Shown here: positions 46,684 through 56,068 of the stretch, piece after piece
How positions within the stretch are numbered: position 1 is the stretch's first letter
Layout: the number at the start of each line of letters is the position of its first letter
Source of the DNA: Planctomycetota bacterium
GTDB taxonomy: Bacteria > Planctomycetota > Planctomycetia > Pirellulales > Pirellulaceae
DNA: 64,000 nucleotides
Assembly (NCBI GenBank): GCA_027622275.1
Contig: JAQBZB010000010.1
Location: 2,598-66,597 of the forward strand
Reading direction: 5' to 3'
Program-made: the position numbers and the translations under genes
The notes under the pieces: generated by a model
What the model saw: only the letters and a program-made list of their open reading frames with translations
What the model was told of the DNA's origin: nothing
The model's database searches: none

Positions 46684-47376
46684 TCAATACTCCTGATGCG
46701 CGTCGGCGTTCCAATGGTAAAGACTGCGGGCCGAGGCGATTCGCTTGAACTGGCTGGCGTCGCAATCGATCTCAGCCGCGGCGAGCAGATGCGAAACTCG
46801 TTCGATATCGGCGGCCTGCAATTCCTCTTCCCGCGCGTCGGCACCGAGGCTGTGGATCTTGCCCCGCACATAGATCGTCGCCTCGTACAACGAATCGCCG
46901 AGGTTCGGCCCCGCGTCGCCACACACGACGAGCGTCCCGGCTTGGGCCATGAAAGCGGAAAAATGCCCGACGCTGCCGCCGACGACGATGTCGCACCCTT
47001 TCATCGAGATTCCGCACCGCGAGGAGGCGTCGCCTTCGATCACGACCAGTCCGCCATGCCCCGAAGCCGCGGCACTTTCCGACGCATGTCCCTTCACGCG
47101 CACGAGGCCCGACATGATATTCTCGGCGACGCTCCAACCGACGTTGCCATGCACGGTGACCGACGCCCGTTTGTTCATGCCCGCGATGAAGTATCCCGCG
47201 TGTCCGAGGATGTCGACGGCGACATCGGCGTCCATGCCGACCGCGATGCTATGGTTGCCGTCGGGATGGAGAATCTCGATTCGATCGACGCCACTGCCCG
47301 ACAGCTGATGATGCAAGAACTGATTGATCTCTCGGACACTCAGCTTTGCCAGGTCAAATTGCATCGCGTGAGTCAT
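46684..47376 (-). CDS. mgsB: GXGXG-motif protein (GltB C-terminal domain), N-methylglutamate synthase subunit B-like
   Basis: Repeated G.G..G beta-helix pattern (GHAGYFIAGMNKRASVTVHGNVGWSVAENIMSGLVRVKGHAS...GGLVVIEGDASSRCGISMKGCDIVVGGSVGHFSAFMAQAGTLVVCGDAG). Confidence 0.8.
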   Translation of the reverse strand: MTHAMQFDLAKLSVREINQFLHHQLSGSGVDRIEILHPDGNHSIAVGMDADVAVDILGHAGYFIAGMNKRASVTVHGNVGWSVAENIMSGLVRVKGHASESAAASGHGGLVVIEGDASSRCGISMKGCDIVVGGSVGHFSAFMAQAGTLVVCGDAGPNLGDSLYEATIYVRGKIHSLGADAREEELQAADIERVSHLLAAAEIDCDASQFKRIASARSLYHWNADAHQEY

Positions 47377-47379
47377 CGT

Positions 47380-48276
47380 TTACAGCGTCCACGAGTAAAT
47401 CTGTTCCGGCGCGGGCTCAAAGACATTCGCCGATTGAATGTCGGGAAGATGTGCCAGGGCCCGGAACTCGGACGAGACAGCGACATAGTCATCCGTCTCG
47501 GCCGCAACCGCCGGCTTGCACGCGAACGCATCGCGGACCAGCACCATCCGGTCAGCGGTTGCCATCAGAAACGTAAAGAATCCGTCAAGTTCGCTGAACG
47601 ACGTCTCAATGGCTTGTTCGAGCGTGTCGCCTTCGCGCATCCGCCATTCCAAAAATCGGCAGCCGGCCTCCGTGTCGTTGTCGGTCTCGAAAGTGATGCC
47701 GCGGCGTTCGAGCTTGCGGCGGATGCTGAACGGATTCGAGAGCGAGCCGTTATGAACGAGGCAAAAATCTTCGCCGGCCGTGTACGGATGGGCATGCGCC
47801 GGCGAGACGGCGGATTCGGTGGCCATTCGCGTGTGGCCGACCGCGTGCGTGCCTTGGAGTTCTCGAAAATGAAACCGTTCCGCGATCTCACCCGGATGCC
47901 CTTCGTCCTTGTACATCTCGATGGCCCGGCCGACGGAGATCAAATGCACCGCGGGATAGGCCCGCTTCAGCCAGATCTTGAAATCGTTCACCGCGATCGA
48001 CGAAACCTTGGATGCGTGACTCGCAACGCAACGCAGTGAGCCCTCGCAACCGGTGCTGCTCGTGAAATCCGTATGAAACGCCTGCCAATCGAAACCGACC
48101 TGTGCCGTGAACAGGCCGAAGCGACGTTGTGCTGATTCGAGCGGTTCGTGGAACACCGCAAGTCCAGCAGAGTCCGGACCACGCGTTCCCATGCAATCGA
48201 GCATTGGGGTAACGAGTTGGCCGAGACGTTCCCGAAAGTCTTCTCGCTTCACCAAGAGTCCAACGATCCCGCACAC
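47380..48276 (-). CDS. mgsA: Class-II (Ntn) glutamine amidotransferase, N-methylglutamate synthase subunit A-like
   Basis: CGIVGLL must be N-terminal in Ntn amidotransferases. GTG at 48276 immediately precedes the Cys codon, so it is preferred over ATG 48315. Confidence 0.8.
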   Translation of the reverse strand: MCGIVGLLVKREDFRERLGQLVTPMLDCMGTRGPDSAGLAVFHEPLESAQRRFGLFTAQVGFDWQAFHTDFTSSTGCEGSLRCVASHASKVSSIAVNDFKIWLKRAYPAVHLISVGRAIEMYKDEGHPGEIAERFHFRELQGTHAVGHTRMATESAVSPAHAHPYTAGEDFCLVHNGSLSNPFSIRRKLERRGITFETDNDTEAGCRFLEWRMREGDTLEQAIETSFSELDGFFTFLMATADRMVLVRDAFACKPAVAAETDDYVAVSSEFRALAHLPDIQSANVFEPAPEQIYSWTL

Positions 48277-48405
48277 GATGACGCTCCGAAGGCTCGGCGT
48301 TTGGTCAGTAGACAATCCGCAACCTACAATAACCGCACCTTTATACCTGAGCCGGGCCGCACGGTACAGGACGACGAGTCACGGACGACCTCACAACGCC
48401 GTGAT

Positions 48406-49041
48406 TCACACCGGCGATTCCCGTTTCTCGTACAGGCCGATCACGGCCGGAGCATAGGTGCGGACGTCCCACTCAATTGCATTTGGTAACAAGTTTGGAT
48501 CGAACCGGCCGTCCGATTCGACGATGATCAGACTGGCGATTGGAGCGATCTCGCACATTTTCGAGATGAGTGCCAAGGTTTCCTCGGTTCGCTCGACATA
48601 GAAATCGTAGGGCGGGCAACAGAAGATCAGTGCGGGACAAGTTGGCGTCGCGATCCGTTTATAGGCGATGAAGGTGTCGCCCGCTTGGACCTCGATTCGG
48701 TTTGCGATCCCCAGCGATGTGGCGTTCTCTTCGATCATCTTGGCGTTGGGAAAACGCCGCTCGAAAACTCGTGCCGAGATGGCTCCCCGGCTGATTGCTT
48801 CAAACGCCATGGCTCCGGTCCCGCCAAACAAATCGAGCACTACTTTGCCTTTCGCCGCGGGTCCGATCAGATTGAAGACCGCTTCACGAACTCGGTCTTT
48901 CATCGGCCGCAAGCCAGCGTCGCCGTTGTAGCGGAACCCCCTCCCCCGCATGTCGCCGCCGATCACGCGCAGCATTGTCGCTGATATCGGCTGCTGCCGC
49001 GGGCTGCCGCCGCCATGCTGACTGGGTCGTTTTCGCGCCAT
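48406..49041 (-). CDS. rsmD: 16S rRNA (guanine966-N2)-methyltransferase RsmD family
   Basis: RVIGGDMRGRGF...RPMKDRVREAVFNLIG...VLDLFGGTGAMAFEAISRGA...FCCPPYD. The start may be the internal ATG at 48975. Confidence 0.85.
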   Translation of the reverse strand: MARKRPSQHGGGSPRQQPISATMLRVIGGDMRGRGFRYNGDAGLRPMKDRVREAVFNLIGPAAKGKVVLDLFGGTGAMAFEAISRGAISARVFERRFPNAKMIEENATSLGIANRIEVQAGDTFIAYKRIATPTCPALIFCCPPYDFYVERTEETLALISKMCEIAPIASLIIVESDGRFDPNLLPNAIEWDVRTYAPAVIGLYEKRESPV

Positions 49042-49277
49042 TTCGTCACAAATCCTCTCTGGAGGTAGTATCTTCTTTTGCGGTCGTGTTGCAAGCGTTT
49101 ACCGTCGTCATGACCGTACGACATGGATTCGTATAACGTCCAGCCACCCAATTCGAAGGTTTCGACGCCCCGCTCGCGAAGAACTCGTCTTTCGTCGAAT
49201 GAAAACGTACGATATACCAACAAGGCGGCTCGATTCGGGACCTCCTTCTCCTACTCAAAAGTACACAGCACACCAGC

Positions 49278-50177
49278 ATGGGTATTCACGACCGACAGTA
49301 TTACCGCGATGAAGAGACGGCTCGCGGCGGCTTTGACGCCAGCGGCTCGACGATGATTACGAAGATCGTCGTGGTGACGGTCGCGGTGTTTTTTCTCGAC
49401 CTCTTCATTCCTGGACCCAAACACTGGTTGCTGCGTCAGATGGCGTCCGGACCTCAAGACCTTACTCATCCGTGGTTGTGGTGGCGGTATCTGACTTCCG
49501 GCTTTGCGCACGACCCGGAAGGCTATCAGCATATCCTCTTCAACATGTTGAGCCTGTGGTTCCTCGGCCGAATCGTCGAGGCGGTCTACGGCTCGAGAGA
49601 GATTCTTCGTTTCTACCTCGTGGCGATTGTCTTGGGTTCCGTCGTACAAGCGCTCCGGCAATTCGCGATGGTTCCCGAACCGGAATGGGCTCGATGCTGG
49701 GGAGCCTCGGGCGCGGTCGTCGGCATCGTCATGCTGTTTGTGTGCCACTTTCCCAAGCAAAAACTATTGCTGTTCATGATAATTCCCGTTCCGGCGTGGC
49801 TCGTCGGTGTGTTGTTAATCGGCATGAATCTGCTAGGAGCGGGCGGTGTCGAAGTGTCACTGCCGGGAGGCAGCGATCGCATTGGGCGTGTCGCGTACGA
49901 TGTCCATTTGGTCGGCGTCGTGTTTGCCCTCGCCTATTTCAAGTTCAAGTGGAACCTGGGCCGATTCGTACCGCGTAATCTCTCAAGTGTCACGAAGTCG
50001 CTGAAGCCGAAGCCGCAATTGCGAGTCCATGATCCGGATGATGACCACAGCGGCTCCGATACCGAGGGGGACGCGTTGCTTGAGAAAGTCAATCAGCACG
50101 GCATCGAGAGCTTGACCTCGCGCGAGCGGAAGATCCTCGAAGACTACAGTCGTCGGATGCGGCAGAAGCATCGCTGA
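49278..50177 (+). CDS. Rhomboid-family intramembrane serine protease with C-terminal cytosolic tail
   Basis: FAHDPEGYQHILFNMLSLWFLG, WGASGAVVGIV (GxSG), HLVGVVFALAYF (catalytic His helix). Confidence 0.85.
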   Translation: MGIHDRQYYRDEETARGGFDASGSTMITKIVVVTVAVFFLDLFIPGPKHWLLRQMASGPQDLTHPWLWWRYLTSGFAHDPEGYQHILFNMLSLWFLGRIVEAVYGSREILRFYLVAIVLGSVVQALRQFAMVPEPEWARCWGASGAVVGIVMLFVCHFPKQKLLLFMIIPVPAWLVGVLLIGMNLLGAGGVEVSLPGGSDRIGRVAYDVHLVGVVFALAYFKFKWNLGRFVPRNLSSVTKSLKPKPQLRVHDPDDDHSGSDTEGDALLEKVNQHGIESLTSRERKILEDYSRRMRQKHR

Positions 50178-50227
50178 CGCTTGCGCCGGGAGTATTCAAA
50201 GGAGCGCCGCTCCGGCCATTTAAGACC

Positions 50228-50875
50228 ATGAGCGATCGTGTGCATGTTGGTGGGATCGTGCTGTGCGGCGGCAGCAGCAACCGCATGGGGCGGCCGAAGG
50301 CCACGTTGCCCTTCGGGCCAGAATTGATGCTGCCGCGAGTTGTGCGTCTGCTTGCGGAAGTCGTCGCGCCGATTGTCGTGGTGGCCGCCGCCGACCAGCA
50401 GCTGCCTGATCTTCCGCCAGACATCCTTGTGACACGCGACGAACGAGATGGCCGCGGACCGCTGGAGGGACTTCGAGTTGGACTCACGGCGCTCGCCAGC
50501 CACGTTGATGCGGCTTTCGCCACCAGCTGCGACGTGCCGCTGCTCGCGCCGGAGTTTGTGCGCCGGATGATCGCTGAGCTTGGTGAGCATGATGCGGCTG
50601 TTCCGGTTGACGGCGAGTTCCATCACCCGCTGGCGGCTGTCTATCGGACGAATACGGTCGCCACGATGGAACAGCTTCTCGCTCAGGAGAAGCTACGGAC
50701 GTCGGATCTCTTTGCAACGCTGCTCACGAGTCGCGTTCCCATTCGAGAACTTCGCGGCATCGATCCGGAATTGCTGACGTTGATGAATGTGAATACGCCG
50801 TCGGACTACGCGAACGCGTTGCAGCTGGCCGGGTTTCCGATCGACTCGACGGTGAAGACGCAATTGGGGCTATGA
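50228..50875 (+). CDS. mobA: Molybdenum cofactor guanylyltransferase
   Basis: GIVLCGGSSNRMGRPKATLPFG ... DGRGPLEGL ... SCDVPLL. Confidence 0.85.
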   Translation: MSDRVHVGGIVLCGGSSNRMGRPKATLPFGPELMLPRVVRLLAEVVAPIVVVAAADQQLPDLPPDILVTRDERDGRGPLEGLRVGLTALASHVDAAFATSCDVPLLAPEFVRRMIAELGEHDAAVPVDGEFHHPLAAVYRTNTVATMEQLLAQEKLRTSDLFATLLTSRVPIRELRGIDPELLTLMNVNTPSDYANALQLAGFPIDSTVKTQLGL

Positions 50876-50901
50876 CGAGCCCAGTGGTGCCTGATAATGT
50901 A

Positions 50902-50956
50902 ACGTGGCCGTTCGCTCCGCGAACGAGCACGCATTTTCGCGGAGCGAAAAGCCACG
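50902..50956. repeat. Family-C palindrome ACGTGGCCGTTCGCTCCGCGAA...TTCGCGGAGCGAAAAGCCACGT
   Basis: Read directly. Lies between mobA and the DinB-family gene. The second copy is at 52978-53031. Confidence 0.9.
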
Positions 50957-50988
50957 TACTTGTCCAACTAACCAACGTCGATACCATC

Positions 50989-51498
50989 ATGTCCGACGAT
51001 ACACAACTAGACCTTGCCCGTAAGCAGATCGAGTTTGCGCGCTCTTACACCAAGACGCTGCTCGCCGACATCGAGCCGGACGAGTGGTTCACGATTCCGG
51101 CGGGCTGCGTCTCGCACCTCGCTTGGCAAGTCGGCCACTTGGCGATGGCGCAGTATGGCTTGTGTCTGTTCCGAATCCGTGGCAGGCAGCCGATCGACAC
51201 GCAGCTGATGTCTTCGGGGTTTCGAAAGAAGTTCAGCAAGGGAACAACGCCCGATCCCGACCCAGCGAATAACCCGTCGATCGACGAGATTCGACAAGTC
51301 TTCGAGCACGTCTATGAACAGACGATGGCAGAGATGGCAGGGTACGACGAAGCAACACTCAGCGAACCAGTCGACATGCCATATACGGCTTATGCGGCGA
51401 AGCTCGGGGCGTTGCTGTTCTGTTCGCACCACGAAATGATCCACGCCGGCCAGATCGGACTGCTCCGAAGATTGCTTGGCAAGCCACCGGTAAGGTAG
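50989..51498 (+). CDS. DinB-family (four-helix-bundle) protein
   Basis: ...CVSHLAWQVGHLAMAQY ... FCSHHEMIHAGQIGLLRRLLG carries the His triad typical of DinB_2. ATG 50989 avoids translating the palindrome. Confidence 0.75.
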   Translation: MSDDTQLDLARKQIEFARSYTKTLLADIEPDEWFTIPAGCVSHLAWQVGHLAMAQYGLCLFRIRGRQPIDTQLMSSGFRKKFSKGTTPDPDPANNPSIDEIRQVFEHVYEQTMAEMAGYDEATLSEPVDMPYTAYAAKLGALLFCSHHEMIHAGQIGLLRRLLGKPPVR

Positions 51499-51525
51499 GC
51501 GCAGGGCGCGCCGCGAGATATTTCG

Positions 51526-52635
51526 CTAGTCCGTGGCGGTCTCCCCGCGGGTGCGAACGACGGCACGTGATCCATGAGGATTGATCCACACCCAAGGGAG
51601 TGGCCACAGGGCGAGCAACACGAACACACCCAGACGAATGCAGTTATCGATCCGCAGTCGCCGCGTGTCCAAGACGGTGCCGCGAATGTCGCCGAAGTCG
51701 AGCGGCGCACCGTCGTTTATGGTCAGTAGCCGCCTGGCATCGTCCGCTTCGATTCCATAAATGAGGAAGTGAACGCTCCCGTCCGCGAGAGCGACATTGC
51801 GTCCGTGTGACCATTCGTAGAAGAATGTCCGCGAGATGTGTCCCGAACACCGGTTCGGATCACGCGAGGTCAGCAGCTCAATCGCATCGGCGTAATCGAT
51901 ATCGGTCGGCTCCATCCACGAGACTTGCGGATCTGACGTTTCGCAAACGAGGAGCGACGAAGACGAGCCATCGAGGATGTCGCTGAAGCCGATTGCCCGC
52001 TGCCCGGGCCATGCCGTATTATTCCCAACAACTGCGAGATAGCTGGTGTGTGTTTGAGCGAACGAGCTGGGTTGGTGGCTTGAACAGGAGTACGCCCGCG
52101 ACATGTGCGTCAGGAGCTTGCGGTTGTTGGGGCCGTCCCACGGTTCGTCGAAGCGGTACGCGTCATACAGAGGCTGCTGTTCCAGGAACGGCAGAATCAG
52201 GACTCGCCAGCTGTGCATCCGTCGTCCATTCTCATCGGCGATATACGCTGGCGGGAAGGACTTGTAGACGTCGTGATAATTATGAAGTGCGATTGCAATC
52301 TGCTTGAGATTGTTGGAGCATTGCATTCGCCCAGCCCCTGCTCGAGCCGCTTGCGTCGCAGGCAGGATTAGCCCCAGCAGGCAGCCGATTAGCGGCAACA
52401 ACAACGAAGCGATCGCAAACGCCCGCGGTCTCGATTCACTCCAGAACACCCAGCCCCATGCTGCACACAAAATGGCCGCCAGCAAAACCCCACTTGTTCC
52501 AAACGTCTCCTTTGCCGACCAAAGGAACGCCAATCCATACATCAAGTGGACGATCCGAAAGCGATTCCGAAACGTCCAGGCGGGGCGTCTATCTTGCTCA
52601 ATCGTCATAACCGGAATCTCTCTAAGCCCATCCAA
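51526..52635 (-). CDS. DUF1559 (H-X9-DG) protein with atypical polytopic N-terminus instead of a prepilin leader
   Basis: RMQCSNNLKQIAIALHNYHDVYKSFPPAY and HGRNVALADGSVHF are DUF1559 hallmarks. No G|FTLxE motif is present, and extra hydrophobic segments occur at both termini. Confidence 0.75.
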   Translation of the reverse strand: MDGLREIPVMTIEQDRRPAWTFRNRFRIVHLMYGLAFLWSAKETFGTSGVLLAAILCAAWGWVFWSESRPRAFAIASLLLPLIGCLLGLILPATQAARAGAGRMQCSNNLKQIAIALHNYHDVYKSFPPAYIADENGRRMHSWRVLILPFLEQQPLYDAYRFDEPWDGPNNRKLLTHMSRAYSCSSHQPSSFAQTHTSYLAVVGNNTAWPGQRAIGFSDILDGSSSSLLVCETSDPQVSWMEPTDIDYADAIELLTSRDPNRCSGHISRTFFYEWSHGRNVALADGSVHFLIYGIEADDARRLLTINDGAPLDFGDIRGTVLDTRRLRIDNCIRLGVFVLLALWPLPWVWINPHGSRAVVRTRGETATD

Positions 52636-52776
52636 ACAATCTCAGCGACCAGCATGAGCAGATTACCCAGAATTCTTGCAGTTTGCATTCCCAACTCACC
52701 CCGTCGCGCCGATAAGTAGAAGATACACGGTTTTTAGCAAGCGGTCACCGCAACGCGAATTTGAAGGGGCCACACC

Positions 52777-52977
52777 ATGAGTTCGATCGACAGTTCCATC
52801 ACCGGCCTAATCGCGGCACAACAAGCGTCGCTCAGCTCGAACATCAGCATCGCCATCGCAGCGAAGCAGCTCGACGCGTACAAGCAGCAGGGCGAAGCGG
52901 TTGTCTCGTTGCTCGATACAGCCCTCCAGCTGAGCAAAGAAGCAGGCAAAGGCGGCAAGATCGACTCGGTGGCGTAG
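52777..52977 (+). CDS. YjfB-like small 'putative motility' protein
   Basis: 66 aa. ISIAIAAKQLDAYKQQGEAVVSLLD resembles the YjfB family core (S.AVLKKALD.Q...G.A...L.). Weak, by-eye assignment. Confidence 0.45.
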   Translation: MSSIDSSITGLIAAQQASLSSNISIAIAAKQLDAYKQQGEAVVSLLDTALQLSKEAGKGGKIDSVA

Positions 52978-53031
52978 TACGTGGCCTTTCGCTCCGCGAA
53001 AGTGCGTCTGTTCGCGGAGCGAACAGCCACG
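52978..53031. repeat. Family-C palindrome ACGTGGCCTTTCGCTCCGCGAA...TTCGCGGAGCGAACAGCCACGT
   Basis: Read directly. Lies between convergent genes. Confidence 0.9.
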
Positions 53032-53035
53032 TATG

Positions 53036-54913
53036 TCAGTCGTCCTGATCCGTTGTCGGCATGCCCAGCTGCTTCATCTTGCGATAGAGATTCGAGCGGT
53101 GCAGGCCCAAGCGTTCGGCCGCATCGGTCATGCTGCCACGCGCACGCTCGATCTGCTTCTTGATGTATTCAATTTGAAATCGCTTCGTGGCGTCGGGCAG
53201 CGGTAATTCGAGCGAGAACATCGCACTGTCGTCACCTGACGGCGAGAGAATGAACGCCAGTTCGTCGATGTCGACCTTGTCGCCTTGCGACAGATAGGCG
53301 ATTCGCTCCATCAGGTTCCGCAACTCGCGGACATTGCCGGGCCAGTTGTGCTTCAAGAGCCGTTTGGAGGCGGCCGCGGTGAATGTTGGCGCACTTCGAC
53401 GAGCCTTGACACAGAACTCGCGCAGAAAATGTTCCGCCAGCATGACAATGTCTTCGCCACGATCGCGCAGCGGAGCGAGTTCCAGGGTGACCACATTCAG
53501 CCGGAAATAGAGGTCTTCGCGAAACTTCTTGTGGCGCACGAGTTCCGCCAGCTTTTGGTTAGTCGCCGCAATCACTCGTGCGTCCGTGTGGATCGGCAAC
53601 GATCCGCCCACACGGACGACGACTTTCTCTTCGAGGACTCGCAGTAACTTGGCTTGGCCGCTCAGGCTCAGATCGCCGATCTCGTCGAGAAACAGCGTTC
53701 CGCCGGAAGCCAGTTCGAACTTGCCAGGCCGCGTTTGGTAGGCATCCGTGAAAGCGCCTTTCTCGTGACCAAACAGCTCACTCTCCAGCAAAGTCTCGGT
53801 CAAGGCGGCACAGTTCACGGCGATAAACGGTTCGTTGCGGCGGGCGCTCAAGTAGTGAATTCGTTTGCTGACAACTTCTTTGCCGGTGCCGTTCTCGCCG
53901 AGAATCAGCACCGCCAAATCGGTGTTGGAGACTCGCGCGACGGTCGATCTCAAGGCTTCGATCGCGGGGCAATTGCCAATCAATTGCGAGCCTTGCGTTC
54001 CCTCGTCGGCGGCCTGATCGCGGACCTTCACAAGTTGTTCGTGCTCGTGCGTGTTTTCCAAGGCGATCGCAGCGTGACCGGCCAGTTCGATCAGCGCTTC
54101 CTCGTCTTCATCGGTGAACTCGCCGTCGCGTTTGTTGATCAGCTCGAACGCGCCGAGCATCGTCCCTTTCCCGCCGACCAGCGGCACACACAGCAGCGTG
54201 CGTGTATGAAAGCCGAGCTGCTTGTCGACACGGCGATCGATTTCATCTTGCTCGTGGCGATCAACACGTGCTGGCCGGCCACTGTGGATGACTTGCCCGA
54301 CGATGCCCGTTGTATCGGCAATCCGCAACTCGCCCCCCTCGACTCCCAACGCCGGCCGTCCGACGAGCATCTTATGGGATCGATCCCACAGGAAGATGCT
54401 CGCACGCTCGACGTTCAGCAATTGCGTCGACGTTTCGGCCATCGTTTGCAACAGCTGCTCCATCTTCAGCGTTTGATTCCACTGCGCGGCGATGCCGAGA
54501 ATCGCCTGCAGGCGTTGGATTCGCGAGCGAGCCCGCTCGCGCTCTTCGACTAGGCTTCGAGCTAGCGCGACTTCTTCGATCTGCGATTTGAAGAGCGCGG
54601 TCGTCTGGGGATTCGGAGATTGATCGAAATGACCGATGAGCAGCAAATCGGCGTGTTGCGGAATCGCGCATGCCAGCCAACTTCCCGACACCGTGACGCC
54701 ACCCCGGTCCAATGCCTCGGCCAGCAAATCGTTCGGGAGCGTCTTTCTCGATCCTGAGAACGACTCCAGCGCCCATTCGCCCTTGTCGCTGCGTACCACG
54801 GCGAGAAAATCGCTATGAAGCTCGCTGGCGATGAGCGGCAGAACGATCGCCGACAATTCGGATACATTGATCGAATCGATTACGGCTCGGAGAAAGACCG
54901 GATTTGCTGACAT
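53036..54913 (-). CDS. Sigma-54-dependent transcriptional activator (GAF sensor + AAA+ + Fis-type HTH)
   Basis: GAF: ERASIFLWDRSHKMLVG...GIVGQVIHSGRPARV. AAA+: VLILGENGTGKEVVSKRIH...ESELFGHEKGAFTDA...RVIAATN. HTH: AAERLGLHRSNLYRKMKQLGM. ATG 54913 is the real start; the 1162-aa ORF in the track is an artefact. Confidence 0.9.
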   Translation of the reverse strand: MSANPVFLRAVIDSINVSELSAIVLPLIASELHSDFLAVVRSDKGEWALESFSGSRKTLPNDLLAEALDRGGVTVSGSWLACAIPQHADLLLIGHFDQSPNPQTTALFKSQIEEVALARSLVEERERARSRIQRLQAILGIAAQWNQTLKMEQLLQTMAETSTQLLNVERASIFLWDRSHKMLVGRPALGVEGGELRIADTTGIVGQVIHSGRPARVDRHEQDEIDRRVDKQLGFHTRTLLCVPLVGGKGTMLGAFELINKRDGEFTDEDEEALIELAGHAAIALENTHEHEQLVKVRDQAADEGTQGSQLIGNCPAIEALRSTVARVSNTDLAVLILGENGTGKEVVSKRIHYLSARRNEPFIAVNCAALTETLLESELFGHEKGAFTDAYQTRPGKFELASGGTLFLDEIGDLSLSGQAKLLRVLEEKVVVRVGGSLPIHTDARVIAATNQKLAELVRHKKFREDLYFRLNVVTLELAPLRDRGEDIVMLAEHFLREFCVKARRSAPTFTAAASKRLLKHNWPGNVRELRNLMERIAYLSQGDKVDIDELAFILSPSGDDSAMFSLELPLPDATKRFQIEYIKKQIERARGSMTDAAERLGLHRSNLYRKMKQLGMPTTDQDD

Positions 54914-55139
54914 TTCGTCACTTGCTCTGGGTGGCTTGCCGGATGGTTCTGGAAATGGTGGCGGATGCCGATTCGTTGATAGTATCAGAATGACGACGCA
55001 GTGACAGCTTGTCGTCAGATCGACAATAGAGGTGGCGACTACGGGATTTCGGCGGTTGGCGCATGGTTGAATTGCAATGGAGCCGATATCCTGGGGCCTG
55101 CGGCGTGTAATCCCGCGACTCGATGGCGTTGGCGCGTTA

Positions 55140-55198
55140 GTACGATGGCCTTCCAAGGCCGTCGATTGCTTCACGACGGCCTTGGAAGGCCATCGTAC
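55140..55198. repeat. Family-A extragenic palindrome (copy 3, perfect)
   Basis: Identical 59-mer to 28565-28623. Ends 27 nt before the fabI ATG. Confidence 0.95.
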
Positions 55199-55225
55199 AA
55201 GTCTTAGCAACCAAGGAGTTAGACG

Positions 55226-56050
55226 ATGGGTCTGTTTGACGGCAAAAAGGGTTTGATTCTCGGGGTCGCCAACGACCGCTCCATCGCCTGGGCGATCGCC
55301 AAAGAGATTATGGAGCAAGGGGGCGAATGCGGCTTCACACATCTTCCCGACAAGCCGGATGACGCTAAGAAAAAAAGCCGTGGCCGTGTTGCTAAGTGTA
55401 CGGATGGCTATGCCGCCGCGAAGTTTCTTGTTCCCTTGGATGTTCGCAGCGACGAAAACATTGCGGAAGTCATGAAGACCGCTGCGGAGACGTTTGGCAA
55501 GATCGACTTTCTGTTGCATTCGATTGCCTTCGCCACCCTGGAAGATCTCCGCAAGGACACTGTCGAGACGAGCCGCGAGGGCTTCAAACTCGCGATGGAG
55601 ATCAGCGCCTACAGCCTGCTCGCCGTTGCCAATGCCGCGAAGGAGATCATGAGCGGCCGCTCGTCGATCCTCACGATGACTTACTTCGGCGGCGAGCGAT
55701 GCGTGCCGGGCTATAACGTGATGGGCGTTTGCAAGGCAGCGCTGGACGCCTCGATGCGTTACGCCGCGCATGACCTGGGGCCGCGCGGTATTCGCGTGAA
55801 TGCGTTGAGCGCGGGGCCGCTGAAGACGCTTGCCAGCTCGGCTGTTGGTGCGAAGGGGATGGAGTCGCTTTATGAGTCCATGTCGCCCATCGGTAGGAAT
55901 ATCACCCACGAGGAAGTCGGCCGGACCGGTGCGTTTCTGCTTTCGGATATGTCGGACGGCATCACGGGCGAGATCCTGCACATCGACGGCGGCTACAACA
56001 TGATGGGCTCGCCCGGTCGATTGCTCGATAAGATCGAAGCCGCGAAGTGA
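55226..56050 (+). CDS. fabI: Enoyl-[acyl-carrier-protein] reductase (NADH)
   Basis: GKKGLILGVANDRSIAWAIAK... ; ...SYSL... ; MGVCKAALDASMRYAAHDLGPRGIRVNALSAGP (Tyr/Lys catalytic region). Confidence 0.9.
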   Translation: MGLFDGKKGLILGVANDRSIAWAIAKEIMEQGGECGFTHLPDKPDDAKKKSRGRVAKCTDGYAAAKFLVPLDVRSDENIAEVMKTAAETFGKIDFLLHSIAFATLEDLRKDTVETSREGFKLAMEISAYSLLAVANAAKEIMSGRSSILTMTYFGGERCVPGYNVMGVCKAALDASMRYAAHDLGPRGIRVNALSAGPLKTLASSAVGAKGMESLYESMSPIGRNITHEEVGRTGAFLLSDMSDGITGEILHIDGGYNMMGSPGRLLDKIEAAK

Positions 56051-56068
56051 AGCCGACCGAAGAGCCGT

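Noticed and set aside
48963-49223. 86-aa ORF upstream of and overlapping the rsmD start
   Set aside because: No recognisable family, a basic low-complexity tail, and overlap with the rsmD N-terminus. Support is insufficient to call a gene.
55001-55207. Small ORFs encoding MAFQGRRL.../...GLGRPSYK (also 1014..1196, 1070..1255 and 28545..28898)
   Set aside because: They are translations of the family-A palindrome in different loci and orientations. They are repeat-derived, not genes.
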